Below are positions 8,211 through 16,928 of a stretch of DNA of 40,804 bases, one piece after another. A program made the position numbers and the translations under genes. The notes beneath the pieces were generated by a model, which saw only the letters and a program-made list of their open reading frames with translations, was not told where the DNA came from and searched no databases. The stretch comes from a virus. The first letter of the stretch is position 1, and every line of letters starts with the position of its first letter. The stretch lies in the UHGV virus genome UHGV-0164601. One strand, written 5' to 3'.

Positions 8211-8555
8211 ATGAGAAAACAGATACAGGCTCTTGGTCGGCTCAAAACAGGCCAGATGAACAAAACAGAATCTGCGTATTGCCAGCACCTTGAGCTGCGT
8301 AAACGTGCAGGGGAAATCGCATGGTATCGATTCGAGGGTATCAAGCTGCGGTTAGCTGACAACACGTTCTATACGCCAGATTTCGCTGTGATGCTCGCCA
8401 CCGGAGAGATGGAACTGCACGAAGTGAAAGGTTTCTGGACCGACGACGCCAGGGTGAAAACCAAAGTCGCCGCAGATCAGTATCCGTTCCGAATCATCGG
8501 GGTAACGGTTAAACCAAAGAAAGCAGGTGGTGGCTGGAACATCGAAGAGTTCTGA
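8211..8555 (+). CDS. DUF1064-like phage protein (putative nuclease-fold protein of replication/nin regions)
   Basis: 114 aa; pattern AYCQHLELRKRAGEIAWYRFEGIKLRL...YTPDFAVML...ELHEVKG resembles DUF1064 family members. Confidence 0.5.
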   Translation: MRKQIQALGRLKTGQMNKTESAYCQHLELRKRAGEIAWYRFEGIKLRLADNTFYTPDFAVMLATGEMELHEVKGFWTDDARVKTKVAADQYPFRIIGVTVKPKKAGGGWNIEEF

Positions 8556-8616
8556 ATCGACGATCTTTTTAGTTATCAATGTAATCAATAAGTTATGTGG
8601 ATAAGCGAGGGTAAAG

Positions 8617-9162
8617 ATGGAAAGTATGGCTGAAGGTATGATCAAAGATTTAGTGGCATCAGGGCATGCGTTAGCTGACGACATGACAGGCGCACCATCC
8701 GTGCTTGTTCGCTGTTTGGCAGCGCAACTGGAAGTTCAGTTGGTGCGTGCTAATGAGCTGGCCGAAGACCACCAGAGAGCGATTGAGTCAATTAAGCAGG
8801 CTGATGCAGCTGTTAAGTTGGCACACGAGAAGTTTTCGACGCTGGCAGCGGAGAATGCGGGGCTAAAGGCGATATGTGATGACCGTCGCAGATTCATCAT
8901 GAATGGGGTGCAGATGGGTTATATCAAGGTGCCAGCAGCGGAAACAGATCCAGACCTTGAGACAATTCGCATTGCTATATCACCACAAAAGCCCATTCCA
9001 GCCACCGATGCTTTCCTGACTGAAATTGAACGCAAAGCAATCCGAAAGTTCATTAACAGCATTGAACACATCCTGCGTGACAAGTTGTCACCGTATGACA
9101 CCGAAGAGATGCTTGAGACTATGCGCATTTTTCTGGAAGAACAGGGAGGCGAGCAAAAATGA
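8617..9162 (+). CDS. Hypothetical phage early protein (181 aa, coiled-coil-rich)
   Basis: GAGGG Shine-Dalgarno before ATG 8617; no recognisable domain. Confidence 0.5.
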   Translation: MESMAEGMIKDLVASGHALADDMTGAPSVLVRCLAAQLEVQLVRANELAEDHQRAIESIKQADAAVKLAHEKFSTLAAENAGLKAICDDRRRFIMNGVQMGYIKVPAAETDPDLETIRIAISPQKPIPATDAFLTEIERKAIRKFINSIEHILRDKLSPYDTEEMLETMRIFLEEQGGEQK

Positions 9163-9473
9163 CAATCACAAAACAACGAGTAGAAAAAATCATATATCGC
9201 CATGAAATGGGACTGAACAGCGATGTCACTGCCGAAGAGGTTTATGACCTGGCTGTACTGGCGCTGAATTTATCAAATATCGCAAACCTCAAGCGATACG
9301 AGCTTGATATGGGTGGTTGTGACTCGTGCGGTCAGGATTGTGGCGCTGACATGACAGAAGATTCTGATGGCGATTATGTCCTGTTTGATGACGTGGTTAA
9401 GTTGTTTGAGTTTGATACAACCACTCAGAAGATAGAAAGCCCAGCAAAGGAGGCAACCAGTGAGCAAGATTGA
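9159..9473 (+). CDS. Hypothetical phage early protein (104 aa)
   Basis: GGAGG before ATG 9159; ATGA overlap with upstream stop. Confidence 0.5.
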   Translation: MTITKQRVEKIIYRHEMGLNSDVTAEEVYDLAVLALNLSNIANLKRYELDMGGCDSCGQDCGADMTEDSDGDYVLFDDVVKLFEFDTTTQKIESPAKEATSEQD

Positions 9474-9903
9474 TTATCAAAAGCTTCGTGAAATCGCTGA
9501 AAAAACAAAAATTGCTGGTGAAGCACCTGTAATGCCTTTCGATCAGCGAATTAATGCGCTTAACGATTTTATGAAGCACTTTTCGCCAGATATCGCGCTG
9601 GTATTGTTGGATGAACGGGAAAGAAACCAGCAATACATCAAATCCCGCGACCAGGAGAACGAGGAAATTGCGCTAACGGTAGGGAAGCTGCGCGTTGAGC
9701 TTGAAGCAGAAAAACAGCGGGCAAAAGTTCTATTTATGGAAAATGCTCGGCTTAAGTCAGGCATAGCCGGTCTGATACACCTCGGTATTCGATATGCAGA
9801 TGTTGAGGTCATGAAAATTGCTGGAGATGCCCAGCTTTCTACCCCATGCACTGACAGCATCATAAACAGCATTGCAACAGGCATTCGCATCAAAGGAGAG
9901 TGA
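9460..9903 (+). CDS. Hypothetical phage early protein (147 aa, Ea22-like coiled coil)
   Basis: GTG 9460 preceded by AAGGAGG; overlaps the upstream gene by 14 nt. Confidence 0.5.
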   Translation: MSKIDYQKLREIAEKTKIAGEAPVMPFDQRINALNDFMKHFSPDIALVLLDERERNQQYIKSRDQENEEIALTVGKLRVELEAEKQRAKVLFMENARLKSGIAGLIHLGIRYADVEVMKIAGDAQLSTPCTDSIINSIATGIRIKGE

Positions 9904-9904
9904 T

Positions 9905-10192
9905 ATGGCAACTTTGCAGGAATTAATCGACCTGACGCCAGAACAGGAAAAAGCGTGGAATCGCCTTGTGAAGGCTGTAAAGGATTTCAGGGCAGCCGGA
10001 GGAAAGTTTTATAGCGTCCTGGACACGCTGAGCGCATACAACGGCGAGCACGTTGCCAGCATTGATAACGATAAGGGCTACCACACTGCAAGCGTCTATA
10101 TGCCTAGCATTGATGCGCCAGGGCTAACCAGTTGGGCTGATGATTGGCACGGCATCACGCTGAAAGATGGCGTTGAAGTGGATGAGGACTAA
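9905..10192 (+). CDS. Hypothetical protein (95 aa)
   Basis: Start placed at ATG 9905 (MATLQEL), 2 nt after the upstream stop, GGAGAG upstream. Confidence 0.45.
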   Translation: MATLQELIDLTPEQEKAWNRLVKAVKDFRAAGGKFYSVLDTLSAYNGEHVASIDNDKGYHTASVYMPSIDAPGLTSWADDWHGITLKDGVEVDED

Positions 10193-10195
10193 CAC

Positions 10196-11023
10196 ATGAC
10201 TACTTTCACCGACAAAGAACTAATTAAAGAAATCAGGGAGCGAATCGGCAGCCTGGACGTGCGAGACAATATTGAGCGCCGTGCTTATGAAATTGCGCTG
10301 GCATCGCTGGAAGCAGAGCCTGTTGGTGAGTTTTATGAATACAAACCGGGTGACTGGTATCAGCGTTCGGTCGGGGATAAAGCACCAAAGTGGGTGCCGT
10401 TATATGCTACTCCGCCAGTTCGGGAATTGCAGGCTGATGTCGCGCAAGCAATTGAAAATCTCAAGCAGAAGTTAGTGGAATGCAATCGCTATAACTACTG
10501 TGCAGATGCAGTTAAAGGCGTAGAGGATGCCTGCCACGCTGCCATGCTTCAGGGTATCCAACCTGTAAGCCAAACTTACAACTTGCCAGAATTAATCGAA
10601 GGGATGGAAGTTTCCATTGATGTAAGCACTTGTGATGCTGATTTAGGTAATCGCTATTTCGGCACCGTCACCGAGGCGTTAGAACTTGATACAGCCAAGA
10701 ATGGTTACATCCTCCTGGTTCAGGACGCAGAGCCAAACTTCGATGTAAATGGCAACTCTCCGGGAACTCCGGATGGTTGGGTCGTGGTGCCGAAGAGACT
10801 AACAGCCGAGAACGGCGCTAAGGGTGCGCTATCCGGTGAATTTTCAGAAACTACGTTTATCAGCTGCCCGGAATGCTTTGGCGATGATGATTGCGATACC
10901 TGTGACGGTAGCGGGCGGATTGAAATTAAAGTACCAGTCACGTGGACGACCATAAAATCCATCTGGGATAAAGGTATTGCGTATTTTGCAGCAGAACCGC
11001 CGCAGGAGGTTAACCGTGGCTAA
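10196..11023 (+). CDS. Hypothetical protein with C-terminal CxxC-x7-CxxC zinc-ribbon-like motif
   Basis: 275 aa; CPECFGDDDCDTCDGSGRIE near the C-terminus; GAGGA before ATG 10196. Confidence 0.5.
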   Translation: MTTFTDKELIKEIRERIGSLDVRDNIERRAYEIALASLEAEPVGEFYEYKPGDWYQRSVGDKAPKWVPLYATPPVRELQADVAQAIENLKQKLVECNRYNYCADAVKGVEDACHAAMLQGIQPVSQTYNLPELIEGMEVSIDVSTCDADLGNRYFGTVTEALELDTAKNGYILLVQDAEPNFDVNGNSPGTPDGWVVVPKRLTAENGAKGALSGEFSETTFISCPECFGDDDCDTCDGSGRIEIKVPVTWTTIKSIWDKGIAYFAAEPPQEVNRG

Positions 11024-11297
11024 CCTGCAACTTGCCGTCAAAGGTGAATACTTCGATGCCATGATTCGCGGAGAGAAAACGGAAGAGTATCGCCTGTGTA
11101 ATGACTACTGGAATAAGCGAATTATGTTCCGGGAGTATGACCGCCTGATTATCACAAAGGGATATCCGAAGCGCGACGATTCCAGCCGCAGAATTGATAT
11201 TCCGTATGACGGATATGAAATCAAGACAATCACACATCCGCACTTCGGTGATAAACCGGTAAAGGTGTTCGCGATAAAGGTAAATATTGATGGCTAA
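11016..11297 (+). CDS. ASCH-domain protein
   Basis: GTG 11016 preceded by AGGAGG; LAVKGEYFDAMIRGEKTEEYR is a typical ASCH beta-barrel opening. Confidence 0.5.
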   Translation: MANLQLAVKGEYFDAMIRGEKTEEYRLCNDYWNKRIMFREYDRLIITKGYPKRDDSSRRIDIPYDGYEIKTITHPHFGDKPVKVFAIKVNIDG

Positions 11298-11628
11298 ATC
11301 AGCAGCAGAGCGCAAAGCCGCTCAGAGAGCCAGACAAGCTGCATCTGGTGTGCGTAAGCTGGAGATTGTGCTTGATGCTCAGGAAATTGAAATGCTGGAG
11401 CGTAACTGTGCCACGCGTCGCCCCGGGCGTGCGCCTTACGAATTTGGTGAGTATATAGCGTTACTGATCCGCCAGGATGATGCACGCGTGCGCGGGCGTA
11501 TAAAATCGATCAGCAGAAAACGTTGCGGTAAGTGCGGCGAGAGAGTTCCAGTTAATTCATGCCCGTGTAATGGTGACTCGCAATGCTGGGTGACTAAAGG
11601 CTGGCATGAAACGAAATTAATAGTGTGA
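11290..11628 (+). CDS. Hypothetical basic protein with C-terminal Cys cluster (possible regulator)
   Basis: 112 aa; Lys/Arg-rich N-terminus and CGKCGERVPVNSCPCNGDSQC; last gene before the terminator preceding the terminase operon. Confidence 0.45.
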   Translation: MAKSAAERKAAQRARQAASGVRKLEIVLDAQEIEMLERNCATRRPGRAPYEFGEYIALLIRQDDARVRGRIKSISRKRCGKCGERVPVNSCPCNGDSQCWVTKGWHETKLIV

Positions 11629-11677
11629 CATGTCACGAGTAGATTATGCATGATGAATTTGATGGATTTTGAATACT

Positions 11678-11703
11678 GCCGCCAACTATGGCGGCTTTAT
11701 TTT
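11678..11703 (+). terminator. Rho-independent terminator between the nin-like operon and the terminase operon
   Basis: GCCGCC-AACTAT-GGCGGC hairpin followed by TTTATTTT. Confidence 0.6.
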
Positions 11704-11714
11704 GCATGGTACTA

Positions 11715-11729
11715 TTACCACAACGGTAA
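11715..11729. promoter_or_regulatory. Operator-like palindrome TTACC-ACAAC-GGTAA upstream of the small terminase gene
   Basis: Perfect copy; a variant TTACC-ACGGT-GGTTA follows at 11733-11747 overlapping the terS ribosome-binding site. Confidence 0.5.
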
Positions 11730-11746
11730 CAATTACCACGGTGGTT

Positions 11747-12343
11747 ATGATGCCTGCTGAACCTAAAACCTATAAACGCAAATCAACGCAATTTAAGCCG
11801 CTCACAGCAATGCAGGAGGCTTATTGCCAGTCATACATCAAAACGCCTGAAAACCAGACTCAGGCTGCGATTAACGCAGGATTCTCCCCAAATACAGCGG
11901 CAGTTAAAGCCAGTGTCATGATGCGCGATGAACGCATTCAGAAACGGATTGCCGAGTTGATGGAGGAGCGCAACAAACGAATGCGTGTCAGTGCTGATTA
12001 CGTTCTCATGCGCCTGGTGGAGATCGACCAGATGGACGTGATCGACATCCTCAACGACGATGGGAGCCTTAAACCAATCCGTGAGTGGCCGAAAATCTGG
12101 CGCACTACGCTTAGTGGCTTTGATCTGTCATCGACCATCATGAACATGAACGAGGATTCAATAGAGACAATCCTCAAAAAAATTAAATGGCCTGACAAGG
12201 TGAAGAACCTTGAGCTGATTGGTAAGCATGTTGATGTCAACGCATTCAAAGAACGTCTGGATGTTAATGTGAATGTGACAATTGCTGATCGCATAGCAGC
12301 AGCCAGGAAGCGACTCAAAGAACGTCAGGATGGTAATCAGTGA
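11747..12343 (+). CDS. Terminase small subunit (Terminase_2-like)
   Basis: YCQSYIKTP...TQAAINAGFSPNTAAVKASVMMRDERIQKRIAEL matches the small-terminase HTH pattern; start at ATG 11747 (GGTGG upstream); upstream TTG-initiated extension rejected. Confidence 0.7.
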   Translation: MMPAEPKTYKRKSTQFKPLTAMQEAYCQSYIKTPENQTQAAINAGFSPNTAAVKASVMMRDERIQKRIAELMEERNKRMRVSADYVLMRLVEIDQMDVIDILNDDGSLKPIREWPKIWRTTLSGFDLSSTIMNMNEDSIETILKKIKWPDKVKNLELIGKHVDVNAFKERLDVNVNVTIADRIAAARKRLKERQDGNQ

Positions 12344-13815
12344 CAGATACAGCGTTATCTCCTGAAGAGCAGTTAATCGAGGATATTGCAGGGTTCACTC
12401 ACGATCCGCTTGGCTATGCCCTCTATGCGTTCCCGTGGGGGGAAGATGGGACTGAACTGGCACATGCCACCGGTCCACGTCAGTGGCAGGCTGATGCGTT
12501 CCGAGAGATACGTGATCACCTGCAGAATCCAGAGACGCGCTATCAGCCGCTTATGCTGGCACGCGCTTCTGGTCACGGTATTGGTAAATCCGCATTCATC
12601 TCAATGCTGATCAACTGGGGCATGTCCACTTGCGAGGATTGTAAGGTCGTGGTGACCGCCAACACCGACAACCAGCTACGAACGAAGACCTGGCCGGAAA
12701 TTATCAAGTGGTCGAACCTTGCTATCACGAAAGACTGGTTCACCTGCACCGCTACCGCGATGTACAGCAATGATCCTGGGCACGACAAGCGGTGGCGCGC
12801 TGACGCAATCCCCTGGTCTGAGCACAACACTGAGGCGTTCGCCGGACTACACAACGAGCGCAAACGCATCATCGTGGTATTCGATGAAGCGTCGAACATT
12901 GCGGATCTGGTGTGGGAAGTTGCTGAGGGTGCGCTTACGGACGAAGACACTGAGATTATCTGGGTAGCGTTCGGAAACCCTACACGTAACACCGGACGTT
13001 TCCGCGAATGTTTCCGCAAATATAAACACCGCTGGAAAACTGCGCAGATTGACAGCCGGACGGTGGAAGGCACTAACAAACAGCAGTTGCAGAAATGGGT
13101 TGATGACTACGGGGAAGACAGCGACTTCGTTAAAATCCGTGTGCGCGGCATATTCCCTGATGCATCTGAATTGCAGTTTATCCCTACCGGTCTTACTGAC
13201 GAGGCAATGAAACGGGTGGTAACTGCTGCGCAGGTGGCACATGCTCCGGTGATAATCGGCGTTGACCCTGCATACTCCGGTGTTGATGACGCGGTGATAT
13301 ACCTGCGGCAGGGGCTGCACAGTAAGGTGCTGTGGACCGGCAACAAGACCACTGACGATCTGATTATGGCGAAGCGTATCGCTGACTTTGAAGACCAGTA
13401 TCAGGCTGACGCGGTGTTCATCGACTTCGGTTACGGTACCGGGCTGAAGTCAATCGGTGACGGTTGGGGGCGCACATGGCAACTTGTTCCGTTCGGTGGC
13501 GCGTCTACTGACCCGCAGATGCTCAACAAGCGTGGGGAGATGTTCAACTCATGCAAGACATGGCTGAGGCTGGGCGGCATGCTGGATGACCAGGAAACAG
13601 CGGACGACCTGTCGGCGGCAGAGTACAAAGTTCGAGTGGACGGTAAAATCGTTATCGAACCTAAGGAAGATATCAAGGAGCGGCTTGGGCGTTCTCCGGG
13701 TAAAGGCGATGCGCTACTGCTGACGTTTGCTTTCCCGGTCTCGAAACGCATAAATATACCAGGACAGCAAAGCCAGCAGGGAAGGGCCATAACGGATTAT
13801 GACCCTTATGCTTAA
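12340..13815 (+). CDS. Terminase large subunit
   Basis: 491 aa directly after terS with GTGA overlap; ATPase-like N-terminal half (GHGIGKSAF Walker-A-like) and nuclease-like C-terminal half. Confidence 0.75.
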   Translation: MTDTALSPEEQLIEDIAGFTHDPLGYALYAFPWGEDGTELAHATGPRQWQADAFREIRDHLQNPETRYQPLMLARASGHGIGKSAFISMLINWGMSTCEDCKVVVTANTDNQLRTKTWPEIIKWSNLAITKDWFTCTATAMYSNDPGHDKRWRADAIPWSEHNTEAFAGLHNERKRIIVVFDEASNIADLVWEVAEGALTDEDTEIIWVAFGNPTRNTGRFRECFRKYKHRWKTAQIDSRTVEGTNKQQLQKWVDDYGEDSDFVKIRVRGIFPDASELQFIPTGLTDEAMKRVVTAAQVAHAPVIIGVDPAYSGVDDAVIYLRQGLHSKVLWTGNKTTDDLIMAKRIADFEDQYQADAVFIDFGYGTGLKSIGDGWGRTWQLVPFGGASTDPQMLNKRGEMFNSCKTWLRLGGMLDDQETADDLSAAEYKVRVDGKIVIEPKEDIKERLGRSPGKGDALLLTFAFPVSKRINIPGQQSQQGRAITDYDPYA

Positions 13816-13855
13816 TCCGCTGGTGGGGATAATGTCGTTGATATCCTCTGATGAG

Positions 13856-13885
13856 GATAAAACAAAGCCAGCTCATCGGCTGGCT
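13856..13885 (-). terminator. Terminator for the minus-strand moron (hairpin also faces the terminase operon)
   Basis: AGCCAGC-TCATCG-GCTGGCT hairpin with a TTGTTTTAT run on the minus strand. Confidence 0.45.
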
Positions 13886-13905
13886 GTTTGTGACATGTCA
13901 CGGTG

Positions 13906-14325
13906 TTACTTAATGGCATTAAATCCAGCGTTGATGGATTCCGCAATATTGATGGCACTTGTTTTATCGAAGTGCCCATTCTGAATAAGCGCCGCATGCA
14001 GGCATTGTAACTTCATGTTGTATAAGTTTTCGCGCATGTAATCATCATCACTTTTTTCTTTGGCGTATACAGCGCGAGAAATATCAAACACATCGCCTTT
14101 TTCCATTTCAGAACGTTGTGCTGTTATCCAGTCATGGAACGTAACGCTAGTACCATGGTCTTCGCTAAGAGTTAACCCGGTCAGTCCCTCACTCTGAATT
14201 ACTTCGTAATGCATTTCATTACCAGCAAAAACGCCATAAAAAACGCAGTCTTCAGCCTGAACGATACGAGAATATTTTAATGGCCATTCATTTAGATACT
14301 TAGCCAACATATCAATTGTCTTCAT
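13906..14325 (-). CDS. Hypothetical moron protein (139 aa) between terminase and portal, antisense to the late genes
   Basis: AAGGTG Shine-Dalgarno before ATG 14325; no recognisable domain. Confidence 0.55.
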   Translation of the reverse strand: MKTIDMLAKYLNEWPLKYSRIVQAEDCVFYGVFAGNEMHYEVIQSEGLTGLTLSEDHGTSVTFHDWITAQRSEMEKGDVFDISRAVYAKEKSDDDYMRENLYNMKLQCLHAALIQNGHFDKTSAINIAESINAGFNAIK

Positions 14326-14336
14326 AATCTCACCTT

Positions 14337-14360
14337 AAAAAAATGCCCGGCGAACCGGGC
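14337..14360 (-). terminator. Terminator/attenuator-like hairpin immediately upstream of the moron ribosome-binding site
   Basis: GCCCGG-CGAA-CCGGGC hairpin followed on the minus strand by A+TTTTTTT, directly abutting the AAGGTG Shine-Dalgarno. Confidence 0.45.
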
Positions 14361-14437
14361 GAACTGGAAGCAATGAGTTATGCCTTCCGTGGCTGTACTG
14401 GTTTACAGCATGAAGTCATCGCAATGGCGTCCTGCTG

Positions 14438-14480
14438 TAAAAAGGGCGGTGATAGTCCTTCAAGGGAAACCATCACCGCC
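14438..14480 (-). terminator. Terminator downstream of the tRNA
   Basis: 9-bp stem GGCGGTGAT/ATCACCGCC with 18-nt loop, followed on the minus strand by CTTTTTA. Confidence 0.5.
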
Positions 14481-14523
14481 AAGCCCCTGGAACTTCTGGC
14501 ATCACGGTCCTTAGGCGTGATTC

Positions 14524-14600
14524 TGGCGTGGCATGCAGGATTCGAACCTGCGACCAACCGCTTAGAAGGCGGTTGCTCTGTCCAACTGAGCTAATGCCAC
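14524..14600 (-). tRNA. tRNA-Arg, anticodon UCU (decodes AGA), phage-internal
   Basis: 77-nt cloverleaf read from the reverse complement: acceptor GTGGCAT/ATGCCAC, D-arm GCTC/GAGC, anticodon stem ACCGC/GCGGT with loop CTTCTAA, T-arm GCAGG-TTCGAAT-CCTGC, discriminator G, encoded CCA. Confidence 0.85.
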
Positions 14601-14922
14601 AACGCTGAGAGCACTTAGCCTGTTAAGGCACCACACTTTGTCGCGGCTCCATAAATGCTCTCATCGTTGTACCCTCGTCTCTTCCGAGGCGTCACACCGA
14701 ATCGCCGGGATGGTGAATCCCCGTGCGCGGAATAAAACCGCTCGACTTGCACATTCCGGCTACCTGGTTCGTTTGCCCGAGCAAGGGAGGGTGCCCCTTA
14801 AACGTATCCAGACCGCTATCGTCGCATGTGCCATACGCCGTACTGCTCAAAATAAAAGCTCACTCCACCTGTTCAATTTAACGACAAGCCAGTCAGGTTA
14901 GTAACCGGAATGAACTCTTTAG

Positions 14923-14937
14923 TTACCTGAAAGGTAA
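14923..14937. promoter_or_regulatory. Operator-like palindrome TTACC-TGAAA-GGTAA upstream of the portal operon
   Basis: Perfect copy; 44 bp upstream of ATGTGGTT (14982-14989). Confidence 0.5.
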
Positions 14938-15027
14938 TAATTCGCGCGTTAAATGTCAACTATCTACGATAAATAAATCATATGTGGTTAAATTGGTAAT
15001 AATTTAATTGCGTACGGAGTCATTGAT

Positions 15028-15234
15028 ATGTGCATGGGTAGCTCACCATCAGTGCCTGCAACACCAGAAGTTCAGGCAGCACCACAGGAGCAGGATGCTG
15101 CCGTTGTTGATGCCCGCGACGAAGAAACACGTCGCCGTCGCGCTGCTGCTGGTCGTAGTTCTACGCTGCTTACCGGTTCTCAGGGCGACACATCAACCGC
15201 TAATACCAGCGGTAAAACGCTGCTTGGTCAGTAA
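15028..15234 (+). CDS. Hypothetical small protein (68 aa), first gene of the head operon
   Basis: GGAG 8 nt before ATG 15028; the same 12-mer CGGAGTCATTGA precedes the portal start; Ala/Gln/Ser/Thr-rich. Confidence 0.4.
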   Translation: MCMGSSPSVPATPEVQAAPQEQDAAVVDARDEETRRRRAAAGRSSTLLTGSQGDTSTANTSGKTLLGQ

Positions 15235-15248
15235 CCGGAGTCATTGAA

Positions 15249-16928
15249 ATGGCGGAAACAACTAAAGAGCGATTGAACAAACAGTTCGCACAACTTGAAA
15301 GCGAGCGTCAGTCGTTCGAGCCGCACTGGCGCGAGTTGAGTGATTACATCAACCCGCGTGGTTCCCGCTTTCTGACTTCTGAGGCCAACCGTAACGATCG
15401 GCGCAATACACGCATTATTGATTCGACCGGGACTATGGCGGCGCGCACTCTCGCCAGCGGCATGATGTCAGGCATCACAAGCCCCGCGCGTCCGTGGTTT
15501 CGCCTGGCTACGCCAGATCCTGAAATGATGGATTATGGCCCTGTTAAGTTGTGGCTTGAGGCAGTTCAGAACCGCATGAACGATATGTTCAATAAGTCGA
15601 ATCTCTACCAGTCTCTTCCGCAGTTATACGGAAGCCTCGGCACATACAGCACTGGTGCAATGGCAGTGCTGGAGGATGACGAGGACATCATTCGCACAAT
15701 GCCATTCCCGATAGGCAGTTACTACCTGGCTAACTCACCTCGTGGCAGTGTTGACACCTGTTTTCGCAAGTTCTCTATGACTGTTCGTCAGCTTGTTCAG
15801 GAGTTCGGGCTAAATAACGTCAGCGAATCCGTAAAAAGCATGTGGGAAAGCGGCACCTACGAGAAGTGGATCGAAGTGATGCATTCGGTTTACCCGAACA
15901 TTGACCGCGATACATCGAAGCTGGATAGCAAGAACAAGCCATTCAAATCGGTTTATTACGAGGTTGGTGGAGATAACGACAAGTTGTTGCGTGAGTCCGG
16001 ATTCGATGAGTTTCCAATTATGGCTCCGCGCTGGGAAGTTAACGGCGAAGATGTTTATGGATCATCATGCCCGGGTATGCTGGCGCTTGGACCTGTTAAG
16101 GCATTGCAGCTTCTCCAGAAGCGCAAGTCGCAGTTGATTGATAAAGCCACCAATCCGCCGATGGTTGCTCCGACTTCCCTCAAGAATCAGCGCGCCTCCC
16201 TTCTTCCTGGCGACATCACGTATATCGATCAGATTACTGGTCAGGATGGCTTCAGGCCTGCTTATCTGGTTAACCCCAGTACAGCAGATTTGGTGGCAGA
16301 CATTCAGGACACTCGTCAAATCATTAACAGCGCCTACTTTGTCGATCTGTTCATGATGTTGCAGAACATCAATACCCGCTCGATGCCTGTTGAAGCGGTG
16401 ATCGAAATGAAAGAAGAAAAACTTCTGATGTTGGGGCCGGTTCTGGAGCGTCTGAACGACGAATGTCTTAATCCTCTCATTGACCGCGCTTTCTCGATGA
16501 TGGTGCGCAAAAACATGCTGCCGCCACCGCCTGACGCGATGGAAGGCATGCCCCTGAAGGTCGAATACATTTCCGTCATGGCTCAGGCGCAGAAGTCTAT
16601 CGGCCTGTCCAGTCTGGCGTCCACGGTTAACTTCATTGGTCAACTTGCGCAAGCGAAACCAGAAGCTCTCGACAAACTCAACGTTGATCAGGCGATCGAT
16701 GCATTCGCTGATATGTCCGGAGTGTCTCCAACCGTCATTGTTCCGCAGGAACAGGTTGAGCAGGCTCGCCAGCAACGGGCACAGCAACAACAGCAGCAAC
16801 AAATGATGGCGATGGGGATGGCGGCGGCACAGGGGGCCAAGACGCTAAGCGAAGCTAAAACTTCGGATCCGAGTGTGTTGTCAGCTATGGCGAATGCAGT
16901 TAGTGGTCAGGGTGGGCAATCACAATGA
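15249..16928 (+). CDS. Portal (head-to-tail connector) protein, T7 gp8-like
   Basis: 559 aa; located between terminase and scaffold/capsid; Gln/Ala/Met-rich C-terminal tail (QQRAQQQQQQQMMAMGMAAAQGA) as in T7-type portals. Confidence 0.75.
   Translation: MAETTKERLNKQFAQLESERQSFEPHWRELSDYINPRGSRFLTSEANRNDRRNTRIIDSTGTMAARTLASGMMSGITSPARPWFRLATPDPEMMDYGPVKLWLEAVQNRMNDMFNKSNLYQSLPQLYGSLGTYSTGAMAVLEDDEDIIRTMPFPIGSYYLANSPRGSVDTCFRKFSMTVRQLVQEFGLNNVSESVKSMWESGTYEKWIEVMHSVYPNIDRDTSKLDSKNKPFKSVYYEVGGDNDKLLRESGFDEFPIMAPRWEVNGEDVYGSSCPGMLALGPVKALQLLQKRKSQLIDKATNPPMVAPTSLKNQRASLLPGDITYIDQITGQDGFRPAYLVNPSTADLVADIQDTRQIINSAYFVDLFMMLQNINTRSMPVEAVIEMKEEKLLMLGPVLERLNDECLNPLIDRAFSMMVRKNMLPPPPDAMEGMPLKVEYISVMAQAQKSIGLSSLASTVNFIGQLAQAKPEALDKLNVDQAIDAFADMSGVSPTVIVPQEQVEQARQQRAQQQQQQQMMAMGMAAAQGAKTLSEAKTSDPSVLSAMANAVSGQGGQSQ

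Noticed and set aside
11669-11746. TTG-initiated N-terminal extension of the small terminase ORF
   Set aside because: Would run through a terminator hairpin and operator palindromes; ATG 11747 with GGTGG Shine-Dalgarno is the better start.
12573-13352. Several 80-170-aa minus-strand ORFs inside the large terminase gene
   Set aside because: Antisense to terminase, Ser/Arg/Cys-rich, no start signals.
14393-14408. CTGT-N8-ACAG element as a confident LexA box
   Set aside because: Spacer ACTGGTTT is not AT-rich and flanks do not match the consensus; kept only as a weak note, unlike the near-consensus box at 34160-34179.
14343-14594. 83-aa plus-strand ORF overlapping the tRNA
   Set aside because: Overlaps a canonical tRNA and two terminator hairpins; no ribosome-binding site.
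14690-14760. Possible second tRNA-like structure upstream of tRNA-Arg
   Set aside because: No 7-nt T-loop or cloverleaf could be built on either strand.
14638-14901. 87-aa plus-strand ORF upstream of the tRNA
   Set aside because: No Shine-Dalgarno, Arg/His/Cys-rich unnatural composition; region treated as non-coding.
15008-15247. TTG-initiated 79-aa ORF overlapping the small head-operon gene
   Set aside because: His/Cys/Arg-rich; the alternative frame at 15028 has a better ribosome-binding site and composition.
16065-16802. 245-aa ORF on the minus strand inside the portal gene
   Set aside because: Fully antisense to a well-supported structural gene, no ribosome-binding site, His/Arg-rich composition; shadow ORF.
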